From the NCBI GenBank assembly GCA_946965045.2, contig OX337240.1:1550001-1614000 (forward strand): DNA of 64,000 nucleotides, written 5' to 3'. Position 1 is the stretch's first letter. Each line of letters opens with the position of its first letter. Origin of the DNA: Epithemia pelagica (lineage: Eukaryota; Protista; Bacillariophyta). The notes under the pieces are model-generated. The model did not search any database. It was not told the DNA's origin and saw nothing but the letters and a program-made list of their open reading frames with translations. Of the stretch, positions 24,941-38,000 are shown piece after piece. The translations under genes were made by a program, and so were the position numbers.

Positions 24941-25027
24941 TACTTCACCAGTGAAATTGAAATAGTATTATGTTGTCTATACTATCATCTTTCGTGGACC
25001 TGTTCCTAAATCGTACATGTTCCTTAA

Positions 25028-25518
25028 CGCCATTCGTAAGCGAGTAGCGTATAGCTGTCTCCCATATGAGCGAGACAGCTATACGCTACTCGCTTAACTT
25101 CGACTTTCATTAACTTCATCAAAAACCAAAGTCTGTCAAATCTGACTTCTTCGTTGTAAAGATCTTGAAATTCTGAATAACTTCATATATGATAGTCTAC
25201 AGTAAATACACAGTCATTAGCGTGATATTTCGCTTTGAAAAATTGACGATTTTCCTCAATTTTGTTCATTTCGATCATCCTTCGCCCATGGCCCAACTTT
25301 GTACTCTTATACATATCTACCATTTTGGCCGATCGTTGCAGGATTCTCCATTCCGACGGTCCATATAGTGAAGAAGACGTCCACGAAAGGCAATGTCGTC
25401 TGCAGTTGTACCTACGGAGAACGACGATCACGAGTCCTCACAGCCGAATTCGTCACAGTCACTCCTCGATGAAGATACTGATCCACCCGTCGCACCTCAA
25501 GCCCATACCTATCCAGAT
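25028..25518 (+). mobile_element. piggyBac-like family B, left end only (truncated at the duplication junction)
   Basis: TTAA at 25024-25027, TIR CGCCATTCGTAA, 25-bp-stem hairpin at 25037-25096. Matches 34653-35143, then switches to LRR-gene sequence. Confidence 0.93.
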
Positions 25519-26743
25519 GGCGTCCTCGTTTGACTGGCAACGACGATGCACTGTGATCAAGCTGGGGCGCCAGTGTGGTAAGGGCGGCAAACATGCACGT
25601 CTTGCCAATGAATCCATCTTCCTTGGCCAAATAGGCCAGGGCATGGCTCCATATGCTCAAGTCTCGACTCGACGAATGACGCACACTGGCCCGCACTTGG
25701 GCCAAGAGTTGATTGCGCTGCATACATAGTTCCAATATCCGTTGAAAGGACATTTGGCTCTTGTGTCCGGCATGGATTCGTTGCAAACTGTGATTGGAAA
25801 AACAAAGTGTCTGCAGAAACTCTCGTCGTAACCGGGTGTGAATGCGAAACAATCGTTGAGTACCACCCAGACTCAATCCATGTAACTTGCAGTCTTTTTG
25901 GCCGAGTAACTTGTGAAGAGAGCTAAGCGATTTTGTTCCCAGTCCACAATCATACAAGTTTAGTACTCTCAGAGTGTTTCTTGGACCTTTCTTTCGGACC
26001 ACATCTAGAATTGCTGCCAAATCAGCGTCGTCCAGTTTCTTTTCAAAGTCATCCATATCAATGCTTAGTTCTTGTAAATCTGTTTGAACAACAAGACCTT
26101 CCAGTAGATAGGAGATGTCAGGCCCAAAGTCACAGGCACTCAGTGTGAGCTTTTGAAAGTCCCGTTTCTGAAGCAAGAGTCGATGGAGATGCGTTCGGTT
26201 GCAGTGATCTGTCGAAAAGTTGTAGAAATTGAACCGTAGACTTCGAACTGATGTATTGTCCGGCAACGCAAATGACAAGCACTCCAGCATGGTCCCATTG
26301 TCCATGTTTGGACCGTCGTCATAGCCATAGGTGTCATCGTAATCATCCCCATCGCCCCACAAACACAGAATGACAATTTGTTTGGTCGACCGAAGAGCAT
26401 TCGCCATCACTTCCATGGCGCCATCCTCTTGATTAATGTTGGAGACAATGGAGAGGCCTTTGATACGAGGTGTGTGCTGCAAGAAGTTGGCGACATAATC
26501 GGCACTGTCACGGTTCAGGAGTAAACGATCGCGATGAGAGTCACCTGCAGGTGACAACTCAAACAAAACGGCATGTTGATCCAGTTGAGCTTTGGTCACA
26601 TTTTGGCAAACATGAGGATGGAGTCCTCCCACAATTTCTTCTTCGAATACCATCAATGTCATGATGATGATAGTACTGCCTTGTCGGAACAGGACTGAGA
26701 CAGACGATAGTGTTAACTTCTTGCAGTATGCGAAATTTGCCAA
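25412..26743 (-). CDS. RNI-like LRR protein, copy 2, with a new 34-aa C-terminus
   Basis: Near-identical to 11817-13052 (H>N at FHFYNF/FNFYNF) but reads through the junction into antisense piggyBac B sequence; 443 aa. Confidence 0.8.
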   Translation of the reverse strand: MANFAYCKKLTLSSVSVLFRQGSTIIIMTLMVFEEEIVGGLHPHVCQNVTKAQLDQHAVLFELSPAGDSHRDRLLLNRDSADYVANFLQHTPRIKGLSIVSNINQEDGAMEVMANALRSTKQIVILCLWGDGDDYDDTYGYDDGPNMDNGTMLECLSFALPDNTSVRSLRFNFYNFSTDHCNRTHLHRLLLQKRDFQKLTLSACDFGPDISYLLEGLVVQTDLQELSIDMDDFEKKLDDADLAAILDVVRKKGPRNTLRVLNLYDCGLGTKSLSSLHKLLGQKDCKLHGLSLGGTQRLFRIHTRLRREFLQTLCFSNHSLQRIHAGHKSQMSFQRILELCMQRNQLLAQVRASVRHSSSRDLSIWSHALAYLAKEDGFIGKTCMFAALTTLAPQLDHSASSLPVKRGRHLDRYGLEVRRVDQYLHRGVTVTNSAVRTRDRRSP

Positions 26744-26991
26744 GATTTATGAGCAAGTCCTTGTGGGATATGAGACTACCACCAGCACGACAGGGGCAAG
26801 GGCAACAAGTAAAGGAGTCGAAGATGGAGGGTTCGAGTCTTTGTTCTTTGTATCACCATGTTTTTTGTTTTATGATTTTATGATTAATTTGTCCAGGGCA
26901 TCACACGTTGTCGTCGGTTGTCCTCTGCCCTGGTTGCAATCTCACGTTTTGAGGTTTGACTTGCCAGACAGAGCGAAACTTATTGAATTCG

Positions 26992-27905
26992 TAGAGCTGG
27001 GTCGAGCGTCAAGCGCTCAAGCGCTCAAGCGCTTGACCTCTCAAGCGCTTGAGGAGCTCCAGCGCAGAAAGGGTGTTGCTTGAGAGCTCAAGCGCTCAAG
27101 CACCCGGACTACCAGAAAGTCCCTAAACGTAGCAAAAACCCTCATTCATCTGCCCTTCACACCTTTCCAAAATGCCCGAGAACTCCAGTGATGATGAGAA
27201 TGAGTCATCATACCATCAATATGATGATAATGATGAGCAAGTGTCCGAAGAGGAACTAATAGCAGGAAGTTCCTTTTCCAACCAAGAGGGCAAGGACAGA
27301 AGTGGAGTTTGAAGTCAGTGACACGCTGGGAGAAATGATGGATGACGAAGAGGATGACAATGGAGACTCCAGGAAGATTTATAGTGGAGGGGTATCCTAT
27401 GCTACCATCTGCCATCTTGAAATTGACAAGTTCCGTACAACGGCAGGACTTAAAATGTACTACGTGAACAAGGCTGGGACGAAAGTTGCACAAGATCCTT
27501 TGCTCTCTTGGTGGAAAGGAAAGGCAAGTGAGTTTCCCAATATTTGGTGACTTGCTCTTAAGTATCTTGCCATGCCGGCAACAGCAGCCTCCTCTGAACC
27601 GGCATTCAGTATTGCTGGTCTGATAATCACGCCAAAACAATCATACTTTGATCCTTCAACAGTTTCTGATCTCCACTTTTTGCGTGAGAACTGGGGAAGT
27701 ATCTTCTAACAGAGTTTCCATTGCATATCAGTTACATAATAAGAGTAGTTACCATTTCACTAGAGGTATTGCAATGAGTCTATTGCCATAGTTTCCCGTG
27801 TTAGCCCTGTTCGCTGCCGCTTGAGCGCTTGAATTTGGTCCTAGCTCAAGCGCTCAAGCGCTTGAGTTCTCCAGCAGAAAAAAGCTGTTGCTTGACCCAG
27901 CTCTA
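26992..27905 (+). mobile_element. Non-autonomous hAT element, copy 2
   Basis: Same TIRs, TGAATTCG TSD and dimerisation-domain remnant as 17381-18294. Confidence 0.92.
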
Positions 27906-28210
27906 TGAATTCGCAATTCGGAATCCGGCCCTTCGTTTTAACAGCAATCGGGAGAAGTTCAATGACATTTCTTATCAGCCATGTATCGGAGAAGGCTCTG
28001 TATCGGTGACAACCTATAAACCGTACGTACGTCGTCCGCACAGAACTCTGTCCTTCTCCCCCATAAAATCTCCCAAAAGCAAATCGTCATGTTGAATGGC
28101 CGGCGTGCAAGTGACAGTTGAAGGTTGGCGGGCGTCCTCTGATCAACACGATTCAAATTCCAGACGCTCGAGAGCGACAGCTCATAAAAACCATGCGAGC
28201 AAAATCTTAA

Positions 28211-31200
28211 CGCCAATCGTAATCGAGTAGCGCATAGCTGTCTCCCATATATGGGAGACAGCTATGCGCTACTCCCTTAACTTTCACTTCAAATAACTTC
28301 ATCAAAATCCATTTTCATCCAAATCTAACTTCATCATTCGATAGATCTTACAATTCTGAACAACTTCATATATGATACTCTACAGTAGAAATGAAGTCAT
28401 AATGGCGATATTTCGCTTTGAAAAATTGGCGGTTTCCCTCATTTTTGTCCATTTTCAGTTTCCTTCGCCCGAAGCCCAACTTGGTGCCCTTATATGTTCG
28501 GTCTCTCTGAACTGATCGTTGCAGGACTCTCCATTCTGGAAGTCTATATAGTGAAGAAGACTTGGACGCAAGGAAATGTCGTCTCAACCTTTTCCCATTG
28601 AGTGGGACGACCATGAGTCGACACCACCCGATTTATCGCAACCGCTCATCGATCAAGACGCAGACCAACCCGTCGTAGCTCAAGCCAGTGACACTCAAAC
28701 CGCAGCACCTCCAGTCGACAATTCAACAGCCGGAGAGCCTAATGCCCCGATGGAGCTCCCACCGGAGCTAGAGAGTCTTGTCGCACATTTGCCTGGACGA
28801 CGACAATCTTCCCGCCCGAGATCAAGATTTTCATACGCTAAGCGGAGTTTCGTTGCGATGGACGACTTCTGGATCCATGAAAATTTCAGGGAAGATTTCC
28901 GTCGTCGGTTTCGACCCAATCCTACGGACCGTCACATTCATCTTGTCGGAAAAATTGTGGAATGTCCCTCGAAGAAGAATGACAATATATATGCGATTGT
29001 CTGGGACAAACGCAGTATTTCGAGTTTGAACATTCCCGACAATTGGATCAAGACACAGTTCACCTCGTCGAAAGCAGTCAAAGCCAAACTTCGTCACTTC
29101 ATCGAAGTCTACAATCCCGCCAATCTGCCATTTCAACCATCACAATCGACCCAACCATCCCAATCCCAACAGTTGCAACCAACAGGTCAGTCGGCTTCAC
29201 AACAAACAAACAACACCTCCACGACAGCATCTCAACAGAACAATCACACTCAAGACGAAAACAATCCTACCAACAACAGCACTGTAGACGACAACAATCT
29301 TACCAACAACAGGAATGCACAAGAACCTCCTCAACCTCCTTCCACAGCAGAGCGTGCACGCCGCCGAGCCGCCATTAGGAATGTACCAGATGCGTCTTTG
29401 AGGCGATCTCCTCGTCGTCATTCGACTTCTACATCGAACATGCCATCGACTCAAGAGCGTGCACAGGGTCGTGCTGCACTCATGACTGCACCAGAAGGAG
29501 TGCTATCTCCAAGTACTCAAGGAGGTACTCCAACTAACGAAGTTGCAACTCGTCTCTTCGGAAGTGCTAGTACTGGTGGCTCCTCCAGGACGACACGACA
29601 GCAGCGGGTAAATAACAACAACAATTCCACCGAGGCCTCCGACGACGAAACAAATAATGACAACTCTTCATCAGACGAAGATGAATCTGGTGGCTATGAT
29701 TTAGATGTAAACAAAACTGTCCACAGGGATAGCGATCCATTGTTGGAATACAATGACAGTGACGACGAGGATAACCCTGACGAAGAGAATGCTTCCTCAG
29801 GATCGGACAACGAAGATCCCAACAATTCAACAAATTTGACGGTGTTGATCGATAATTTACACTTCCACTTCAAGGAAGTTGATTTGTCTGATAATGCTTT
29901 CTCATGGGTTGGGCAGGAGCGCAACAACAGATCGATGTTTCGTGGTGGCGACGGTCTAAAAGTGGGGATTGCAGATGTATTTCATACTCCCTTTGACTGT
30001 CTTCGAGTTGTTGGAGGATTGTCTAAATCCATCATTTCGGACATGGCTGCGGCAACGAATCAATATTTCCGCAACAAAATCCGTCCAAACCTAATGGGAC
30101 GACGAGGATATTTTCATTCTCAGAAATGGAGAGACGTGACAATGCAAGAAATGACTCGGTTTCTTGGTATCATCTTGATGATGTCCTTGAGACCCGTTGA
30201 TGGTGGTGGTTACGCAGCTTACTTTTCCAACTCCAACATGATGTACAGCCTGGGAACTGCAATTCCAACAATGGAAATTGCAGATAGTGCTGGTTGGGCA
30301 TCGAAATACATGCGCCTTGCTCGATTCCGACAAATCAGAGGAGCATTCCACCCCGAATCGAAAGAAGCTGGACGGGGAGGTGACAAATGTTACCAACTGC
30401 GAAGACTCATCCAGGCTGTAAATTCTGCGTCAAGACGATCTTTCAAAATTCCACAAGATTTGGCATTCGACGAAGGAGGTATTGGATGCCGTTCGAGGTA
30501 CTGCCCGGTCAGGCAGTACAACAAGGATAAACCAGCCAAGTTCCGCGTTGATTTCTTCATCCTGGCTTCGTCCACTAGCTATGCAATCTTGCATTTGGAC
30601 GTATATCAGGGAAAGAATGCTACTAATTCATACATCCGACACGAGGCACAACGTCTTCCTACAACAATGAAGGCTGTTGTGAATGCGTGTTACGCGCTGG
30701 AATTGAACAAGGAAACCCGTGGATTCCGCCACTTATCCATGGATAATAGGTATGCCGCTCCACAACTCCTGGTGATTTTGCGAGATCGACTGAAAGTCCT
30801 TGCTACTGGTACTGTTCGTGTGAACCGTGTTGGATGGAACAAGGTTCTCATGGATTTGAAAAAAAACAAAGACCAATCGTGGAACGATGAAACTGGGACA
30901 TGATGAAGTGAACGGAATCCTAATCGGGCAATGGGTAGACTCTAAGGTGGTTAATTTTGTTTCAAGTTACGAGAATGTTGGGACAGGGCAACTACAACGC
31001 CAAGTTGGTCAAACGAAGAAAGACTTCAGGTGCCCCCAAGCATTGATACGATACCAAGACAACATGGGGGGGATTGACCGTGGCGACCAAATGCGGTCAC
31101 AAATGGGCGGATTTGCCACACATGGCCATTTCAAGAAATGGTATAAAAAACTGCCCTCGGTATCATGGATATTATGTTGCTCAATGCTCTCATAGCCTGG

Positions 31201-32104
31201 AACATGTCCGCTGGGGATAGAATTCGTTCAAGGCGTACAAAGCTTTCAAGACATGCTTTCTACACGTGTGTCGCACAAGCTATGTGCAGTTACGAAGATA
31301 CAGAAGAGGTTGATGCCTTGGCGCGGCGGACCCAACAACCTTCACAACCAAGTTGTGAAGATGGACACTTTCCAATCCCTTCGGAGGGCAACAAACGGTT
31401 GGCGTGTGCTGTTTGCTTGTTGGAGCACCGTTGGAAGAAGAAAACATTGGGGATGAAAGGATTGTACTCAAATGTCGGTCAATGTGCCAAATGTGGAATT
31501 GTCACACATTTGGTGAATTCCACAGATGAAAGAGAGGATGGTTGGAAGATTCATTAGCTACCACAATTCGCAGGTAATACCTGTTTCGAGATTCTGCACT
31601 CAATTCAAGGCAGGGAGATATTCATGTGCCGTCCGGCTGATGGAGGGGACAGCAGATATAAGTACACAACAAAGAAAAATCACCCTCTTGTATTGGATTT
31701 GAGAGAGAAACATGGTCTGCCGCCAGAGTTCACAAGAAAGAGAAGACGGATTGAAGCCTCGGCCCCTACGGAAGAAGACAACGAGAGTGAGAATGAAAGT
31801 GGTGAGGAAATCCATGAATTGTAGAAGCAGCATTATATAAGAGACATAGTAAACACAGACGACACAGACTCACCTTGGACAGGTCATTCATAGGTTACTT
31901 GTGCCATTGTTGACATGGATCGATGATCTTGGCTGTGTTGAATGACACAAAAATGAGACCTGCGTTTTAAGGTTAAAACAGCCTCTGTTAAGGCGCTCGC
32001 ATGGGAGACAGCAAATTCGAGCATCTGGCTGACTCCCATAAAATTTATGGGACACAGCTATTTGATACTCCGATAAGCTTAAAACCCGTTCTTTACGATT
32101 GGCG
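28211..32104 (+). mobile_element. piggyBac-like element, family A, copy 2 (defective)
   Basis: TTAA at 28207-28210 and 32105-32108; TIR CGCCAATCGTAA; 10 bp longer than A1. Confidence 0.93.
28576..31824 (+). pseudogene. piggyBac-like transposase, disrupted
   Basis: 775-aa ORF to 30903, then two A-run frameshifts and TAG at 31555-31557, the same lesions as A1. Confidence 0.9.
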
Positions 32105-35017
32105 TTAAGGGCCCTATCACGGTACCGGTAAGACCATCGGCCATGGCACATGAACCGCGGACGAATCATTGTAGACTGTAGACAGAGCGCGTCTTTCCTT
32201 CAGTTGTTGTTTGTGCCTTATGTTTCTTCTTAGGATTGATAGATTGGTAGTGTTTTCGCCCATTTTCTGATTGTAGGGCTTGTCACATCCATGGTTCGAG
32301 TTGTCTTCTTGGTTGGGGACGATTTGGTTTCTTACTCTTACGAGTAGGAGTAGTACTACATCATGAGGCTGATTGTCACCACTTTCTTTCTAGGCTAATG
32401 GTCGCTGAGACAAATTCTTAGTGTTTGCTATATCTTCTTCAAGGTGAAGACGAGGAGAAGGAGAAGAATAAAGACAAGAGAATCCCTGGTCAAGCAGGAC
32501 ACCACCATTGACCTTCATATTTACCCCTATGATAAAATATAGAACAGGAATTCTACCTAGACTAGTATCAGAGTAAAAGGGCTACAAATGAATCAATCAT
32601 AAAGACTACAAGCAAAATTGGACTGGTGAAAAGTGAGACGTCGCAACGAGTCCAGAAAATGGGGCTCAAGGGGTGTATGCGAACAAAAACAACAGGGAGG
32701 GACTATTGAGATGCTTGTCCTTAGCCCAATCGCAGCACTGTCTTTCTTGACGTACCTGGGTAGCATGGAAGCTGAAAAATCATGCCATTGCAAGAATTGC
32801 CATGGACATGGCCGCTGTACTGGAGGTTTGTTTGTTTTATGAGTGTCGTGCACCAACACCAACCACCAACGGCAACCGTCATGCACGCTGGGCCGTTCAA
32901 ACTGATTTGAAATGTGACAAGGAAATGCCGGCGTGTCCTTTCTGATTTTTTATGGAAAATAGGATATGAATCGAGAAAAAAATCTCCATTGGGGGGACAG
33001 TTTGCGGACGACGTACATACGACTAATAGGTGGTCACCTATACCGAGGGAATTCAAAATTCAAAAGTACTCGTAGAAATCTGGGCGGGTGTATAACTTCT
33101 GTCATCCATCCGACATTTTTCTTTTTTCATTTTAGTTTTAACTTGAAATTATAACTCAGTTTTTTCTCTAAAAGCAGTAATTATAACGTCCATAGCAACT
33201 GTCATAACTGGCTTCGCGCGCTTCGCCCTGGCTTTGGCTTGATACGGAGCACAACGCGAAGAAATCCCACACAGAGATGAACAGTGAACACACACGTGAA
33301 ACAGAAAAAAACATGCACAAACACAAGACAAGTGGCAATGGCCCACAACAAGGAAAGCTCTTAGTACATTGACTGCAACTAAAATACAAGCATAGTCAAC
33401 TCTATATGTATCTAGGTACTCCTCCTATTTGTTTAGGCTTCCTGGCCCTATCCATTGTATTGTGTCCTTCCTTAGACTCTGATGTCGTCCACACACTGGT
33501 TGATTGTCATCTTGTCATTTTTCATCCTTCTTCTCATTCGGTTGATTGCCGCGTTTACTGATGATCCAGGGGGTAGATCTTGACAGTAGTATTCATGCTA
33601 TGGTCATTCATTTTGCTGGATTGTTCAATTTTGTTGCAGCCCCATTGTCATTTCTTGTGGTTCGTCGAAAAGTGAGAAGTGAGACAATTCATGGCTCAAA
33701 ATACGAGGCGAGGCCGGCGTTCAGATTTCAACGATCGAAGGCAGGCTGACGATTTGACATGGCAGGCGCTTTGGAAAAAAACAAGAGGCCAAAGTTGGGC
33801 AACGCACGAAGGACAGAAAATATACACCTCTTGAATCGTTCCCTATTGTTGACCTCCGGGTGACCGGTTCTTACTTGAATTTTGAATTTTGGGATGCCAT
33901 TCTCCATTCTCTGTTCTCTGTACACTTTCTACGAATACAAATTGAAAATTGACTATCCGTAATCCGTAACCACAACCAGCGCAACCATCCAACGCAACAA
34001 CCAACAACCAACCACCATGAACCATAAACCATAACCATACCGAAAACCCACCCTCCTTGTCCTTGCCCTTACCCCTTTGCTGGTTACGAATTGTACGAGG
34101 GACGAGGGACGAGGGACGAGGGGGTATATTATATGCATATCGTCAGTAGTTATCATTATTAGTATTTTAGGTATTTCACACTATCCGTTTACTGTTTGCA
34201 CAAGTTCCAAGTTCCTGCCTAGTACTATGACCTATGACTCGAGACTCGAGCAGAGAGCAACCTAGTGAGAAGTGAGAGAGAGACCTTTTTCAACTTTTAG
34301 CCCAGCTTGTAGAGATTTAGACGTTCTTGAACAAAAATTCATCACACGTCATAAGTCATAAGGTGATGATTTTCTTGGAGATGTTGTTCAACACAACATC
34401 ACATCATCATAATTCATAATTCATAATGGATTGGCTATTGGCTCATTGATCTGGGATTAAGGATTAGGTTGGAGTATTGGAGATTGGAGTAGGTAGTTCG
34501 CTTCGGCTCCAAGAAGAACTCTGGCTCTGATCTCTGATCTCTGATCTCTGATCTCTGATCTCTGATACTTCACCAGTGAAATTGAAATAGTATTATGTTG
34601 TCTATACTATCATCTTTCGTGGACCTGTTCCTAAATCGTACATGTTCCTTAACGCCATTCGTAAGCGAGTAGCGTATAGCTGTCTCCCATATGAGCGAGA
34701 CAGCTATACGCTACTCGCTTAACTTCGACTTTCATTAACTTCATCAAAAACCAAAGTCTGTCAAATCTGACTTCTTCGTTGTAAAGATCTTGAAATTCTG
34801 AATAACTTCATATATGATAGTCTACAGTAAATACACAGTCATTAGCGTGATATTTCGCTTTGAAAAATTGACGATTTTCCTCAATTTTGTTCATTTCGAT
34901 CATCCTTCGCCCATGGCCCAACTTTGTACTCTTATACATATCTACCATTTTGGCCGATCGTTGCAGGATTCTCCATTCCGACGGTCCATATAGTGAAGAA
35001 GACGTCCACGAAAGGCA

Positions 35018-38000
35018 ATGTCGTCTGCAGTTGTACCTACGGAGAACGACGATCACGAGTCCTCACAGCCGAATTCGTCACAGTCACTCCTCGATGAAGA
35101 TACTGATCCACCCGTCGCACCTCAAGCCCATACCTATCCAGATTCTGACCAACCTATTGGTAGAGATCATCACCAACCTCATGTTGACAATGATCAAGAT
35201 GATGCTGTCGCTATTTCTGCATCACCACAACCAATACCGAATGCGGATGGCGAGCCACCCGTCGATGCTGAGCGACCTGTTCCACCTCCACCTCCACACC
35301 CAGTCGGAAATATTGCACAAGGACAAGAAACAAATACCGAGACACAAGAACTATTACCCGAAGGGGAAAGTCTTCCGGCCCATTTGCCCGGACGAGGTCA
35401 ATCCACTAAGCCACGTTCCCGATTTAGCTACTCGAAACGGTATCTCGTCTCACCTGACGATTTTTGGATTCATCCAAACTTCCACGAGGAATTTTGTCGT
35501 CGCTTTCGTCCCAACCCTACAAACCGTCCTATAAATCTCGTTGGGAAAATTGCAGAGTGTCCTACGAAGAAGAATGGAAATGTATATTCCATTGTATGGG
35601 ACAATTCAACACTCTCATCTCTCGAGGTTCCACAGAATTGGATCAAATCTCAATTCACCTCCAACTCTACAGTAAAGGAGAAACTTCGTCAATGTATTCA
35701 AGAGTACAACCCAAGTCAACATGGCCGGGGAAACCAACCATCTCAAACACAACAATCGCAACAAACAAGCCAGTTGCAAACGCACCAACCAAACCAAACT
35801 TCTGTGGTGGTGACTCAACAGAACAATTCTCTGAACAACAACAATGCACAAGCTCCTGTTGTTCAGCATCGCGGATCAACACAACAGCCTCCACCTCCTT
35901 CCACAGCAGAGCGCGCACGACACCGAGCCGCAATCAGGAATGTTCCGGAATCTTCTCTTAGACGCTCTCCTTGCCGTCATTCTCGTCGCAGCTCAACATC
36001 CAACCCGCCATCCACTCAAGAAAGAGCCCAAGGGCGGGCAGCTCTAATAACTGCTCCTAACGGCGGCCCTTCTCCGTCAGAAAATGGGAACGACGAAAAC
36101 AACGATACTCCAACCACCCAAGTTCCAACCCGTCTTTTCGGCAGTACAAGTACTTCTGTCTCTACAAGAGCTACGGCAGCTGCACGGCGACAGCGTCGAC
36201 AGGAAGAAAACACAGAAGACGATGCATCAGAGAATGGGGAAGATTCTTCGTCTGACGAGGACGACAATGGTGGGTATGAACTGGATTTCAATGCCACAGT
36301 TGATAGGACTGTCGATCCCTTAGATGACTATGACGACAATGATGACAATAATGAAGACGAAGAAAATGTTGTCCAAAGCGACGACTCGGAATCAACAGAC
36401 GACGACGATGATCCCAACAATTCAACAAATCTGAAAGTGCTCATAGACAATCTACAATGGCACTACCGGACCGTTGATCAGTCAGACAGTGTTTTCGACT
36501 GGGTGGGACAAGAACGACACCATCGATCAATGTTTCGAGGAAGTGATGGGTTGAAGGCCGGTGTTGCAAATTCGTTCAATACTCCCTTTGATTGTTTGCG
36601 CAATGTTGGTGGACTTTCGGAGTCTCTGATTTCGGACATGGCAGCAGCAACCAATCGTTACTTCCATCAAAAAATCCGTCCTAAGCTCATGGGTCGGCGT
36701 GGTTATTTTCACTCACAGAAGTGGAAGGATGTCACTATCCAAGAAATGACAAGGTTTCTTGGTATCATCTTGATGATGTCGTTGAGACCACTCGACAGTG
36801 GTGGTTATGCATCCTATTTCAACACCTCCAATCGAATGTACAGTCTTGGCACTGCCATCCCATCGGTAGAAATTCTCGATAGTACCGGCTGGGCGTCTAA
36901 GTACATGCGTTTGGCTCGGTTTCGCCAAATAAGGGGAGCCTTCCATCCCGAATCAAAAGGCGCCGCACGTGGGGGGGACAAATGCTACCAGTTGCGTAAA
37001 CTTATACAGGCAGTCAATGCAGCTTCGAAGAGGTCTTTTATCATTCCTCAAGATCTTTCGTTTGATGAAGGTGGAATTGGTTGTCGGTCTAGATACTGTC
37101 CAGTGCGTCAGTACAACAAGGACAAACCTGCCAAATTCCGAGTTGATTTCTTTATTTTGGCGTCGTCTACAAGTTACGCCATTTTACACATGGATGTGTA
37201 TCAAGGCAAAAATGCCACGAACTCCTACATCAGGCATGAAGCACGCCGCCTTCCTACTACGATGAAGGCTGTTGTTAACGCTTGCTACGCGTTGGAGCTA
37301 AACAAGGAGACCAATGGCTTCAGGCATTTGTCTATGGACAATAGATATGCGGCACCACAACTTCTTGTGATTCTACGAGATCGCCTCAAAGTTCTTGCCA
37401 CCGGAACAGTACGAGTCAACAGGGTCGGTTGGAGCAAATCACTGATGAATCTGAAAAAAACAAAAACCAACCGAGGCACAATGAAGCTTGCACATGACAA
37501 AGTAAATGGTGTTATCATTGGACAATGGGTTGACTCCAAAGTTGTTAACTTTGTGTCGACATACGAGAACATTGGTACCGGACAAGTGCAACGTCAAGTG
37601 GGCCCAAACAAGGAAAGCTTCAACTGCCCACAAATGCTGATTCGATACCAGACTAACATGGGTGGAATCGACAATGGTGACCAAATGAGGTGCCATATGG
37701 GCGGTTTTGCCACCCATGTCCACTTCAAGAAATGGTATAAGAAAGCCGGTCTGGGGATCATGGACATCATGCTACTGAATTCGTTCATTGCATGGAACAC
37801 GTCCGCTGGTGACCGGGTACGGTCCAGACGCACGAAGCTATCAAGGCACGAGTTCTACACAGTCGTCGCTCAGGAGATGTGCAGTTATGTGCATGCAGAC
37901 GAAGTTGATGCATTGGCTCGACGGACTGGAGTACAGAGAAACACTGCATGCGAGGATGGTCACTACCCGGTTCCCATTGATACTTCGAAACGGATGGGAT

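Larger units (their letters stand above)
11826..25518. repeat. Tandem segmental duplication, copy 1 (9605 bp without the Harbinger insertion)
   Basis: Sequence from 11826 recurs at 25517. Copy 1 minus 4088 bp (Harbinger + TSD) is 9605 bp; four indels (+8, +11, +10, -7) account exactly for the 9627 bp of copy 2. Confidence 0.95.
27996..33047. mobile_element. Unclassified TIR element, copy 2, interrupted by piggyBac A2
   Basis: Duplicate of 18385-23415. Confidence 0.55.
25517..35143. repeat. Tandem segmental duplication, copy 2 (9627 bp)
   Basis: Junction CCTATCCAG-AT-GGCGTCC joins piggyBac B sequence (ending ...CCAGAT, 35143) to LRR sequence (starting ATGGCG, 11826) through 2-bp AT microhomology. 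Confidence 0.95.

Noticed and set aside
22477-25023. Short ORFs repeated at 32109-34648 as genes
   Set aside because: Their recurrence is explained by the duplication; no motifs, and many lie in simple-repeat DNA.
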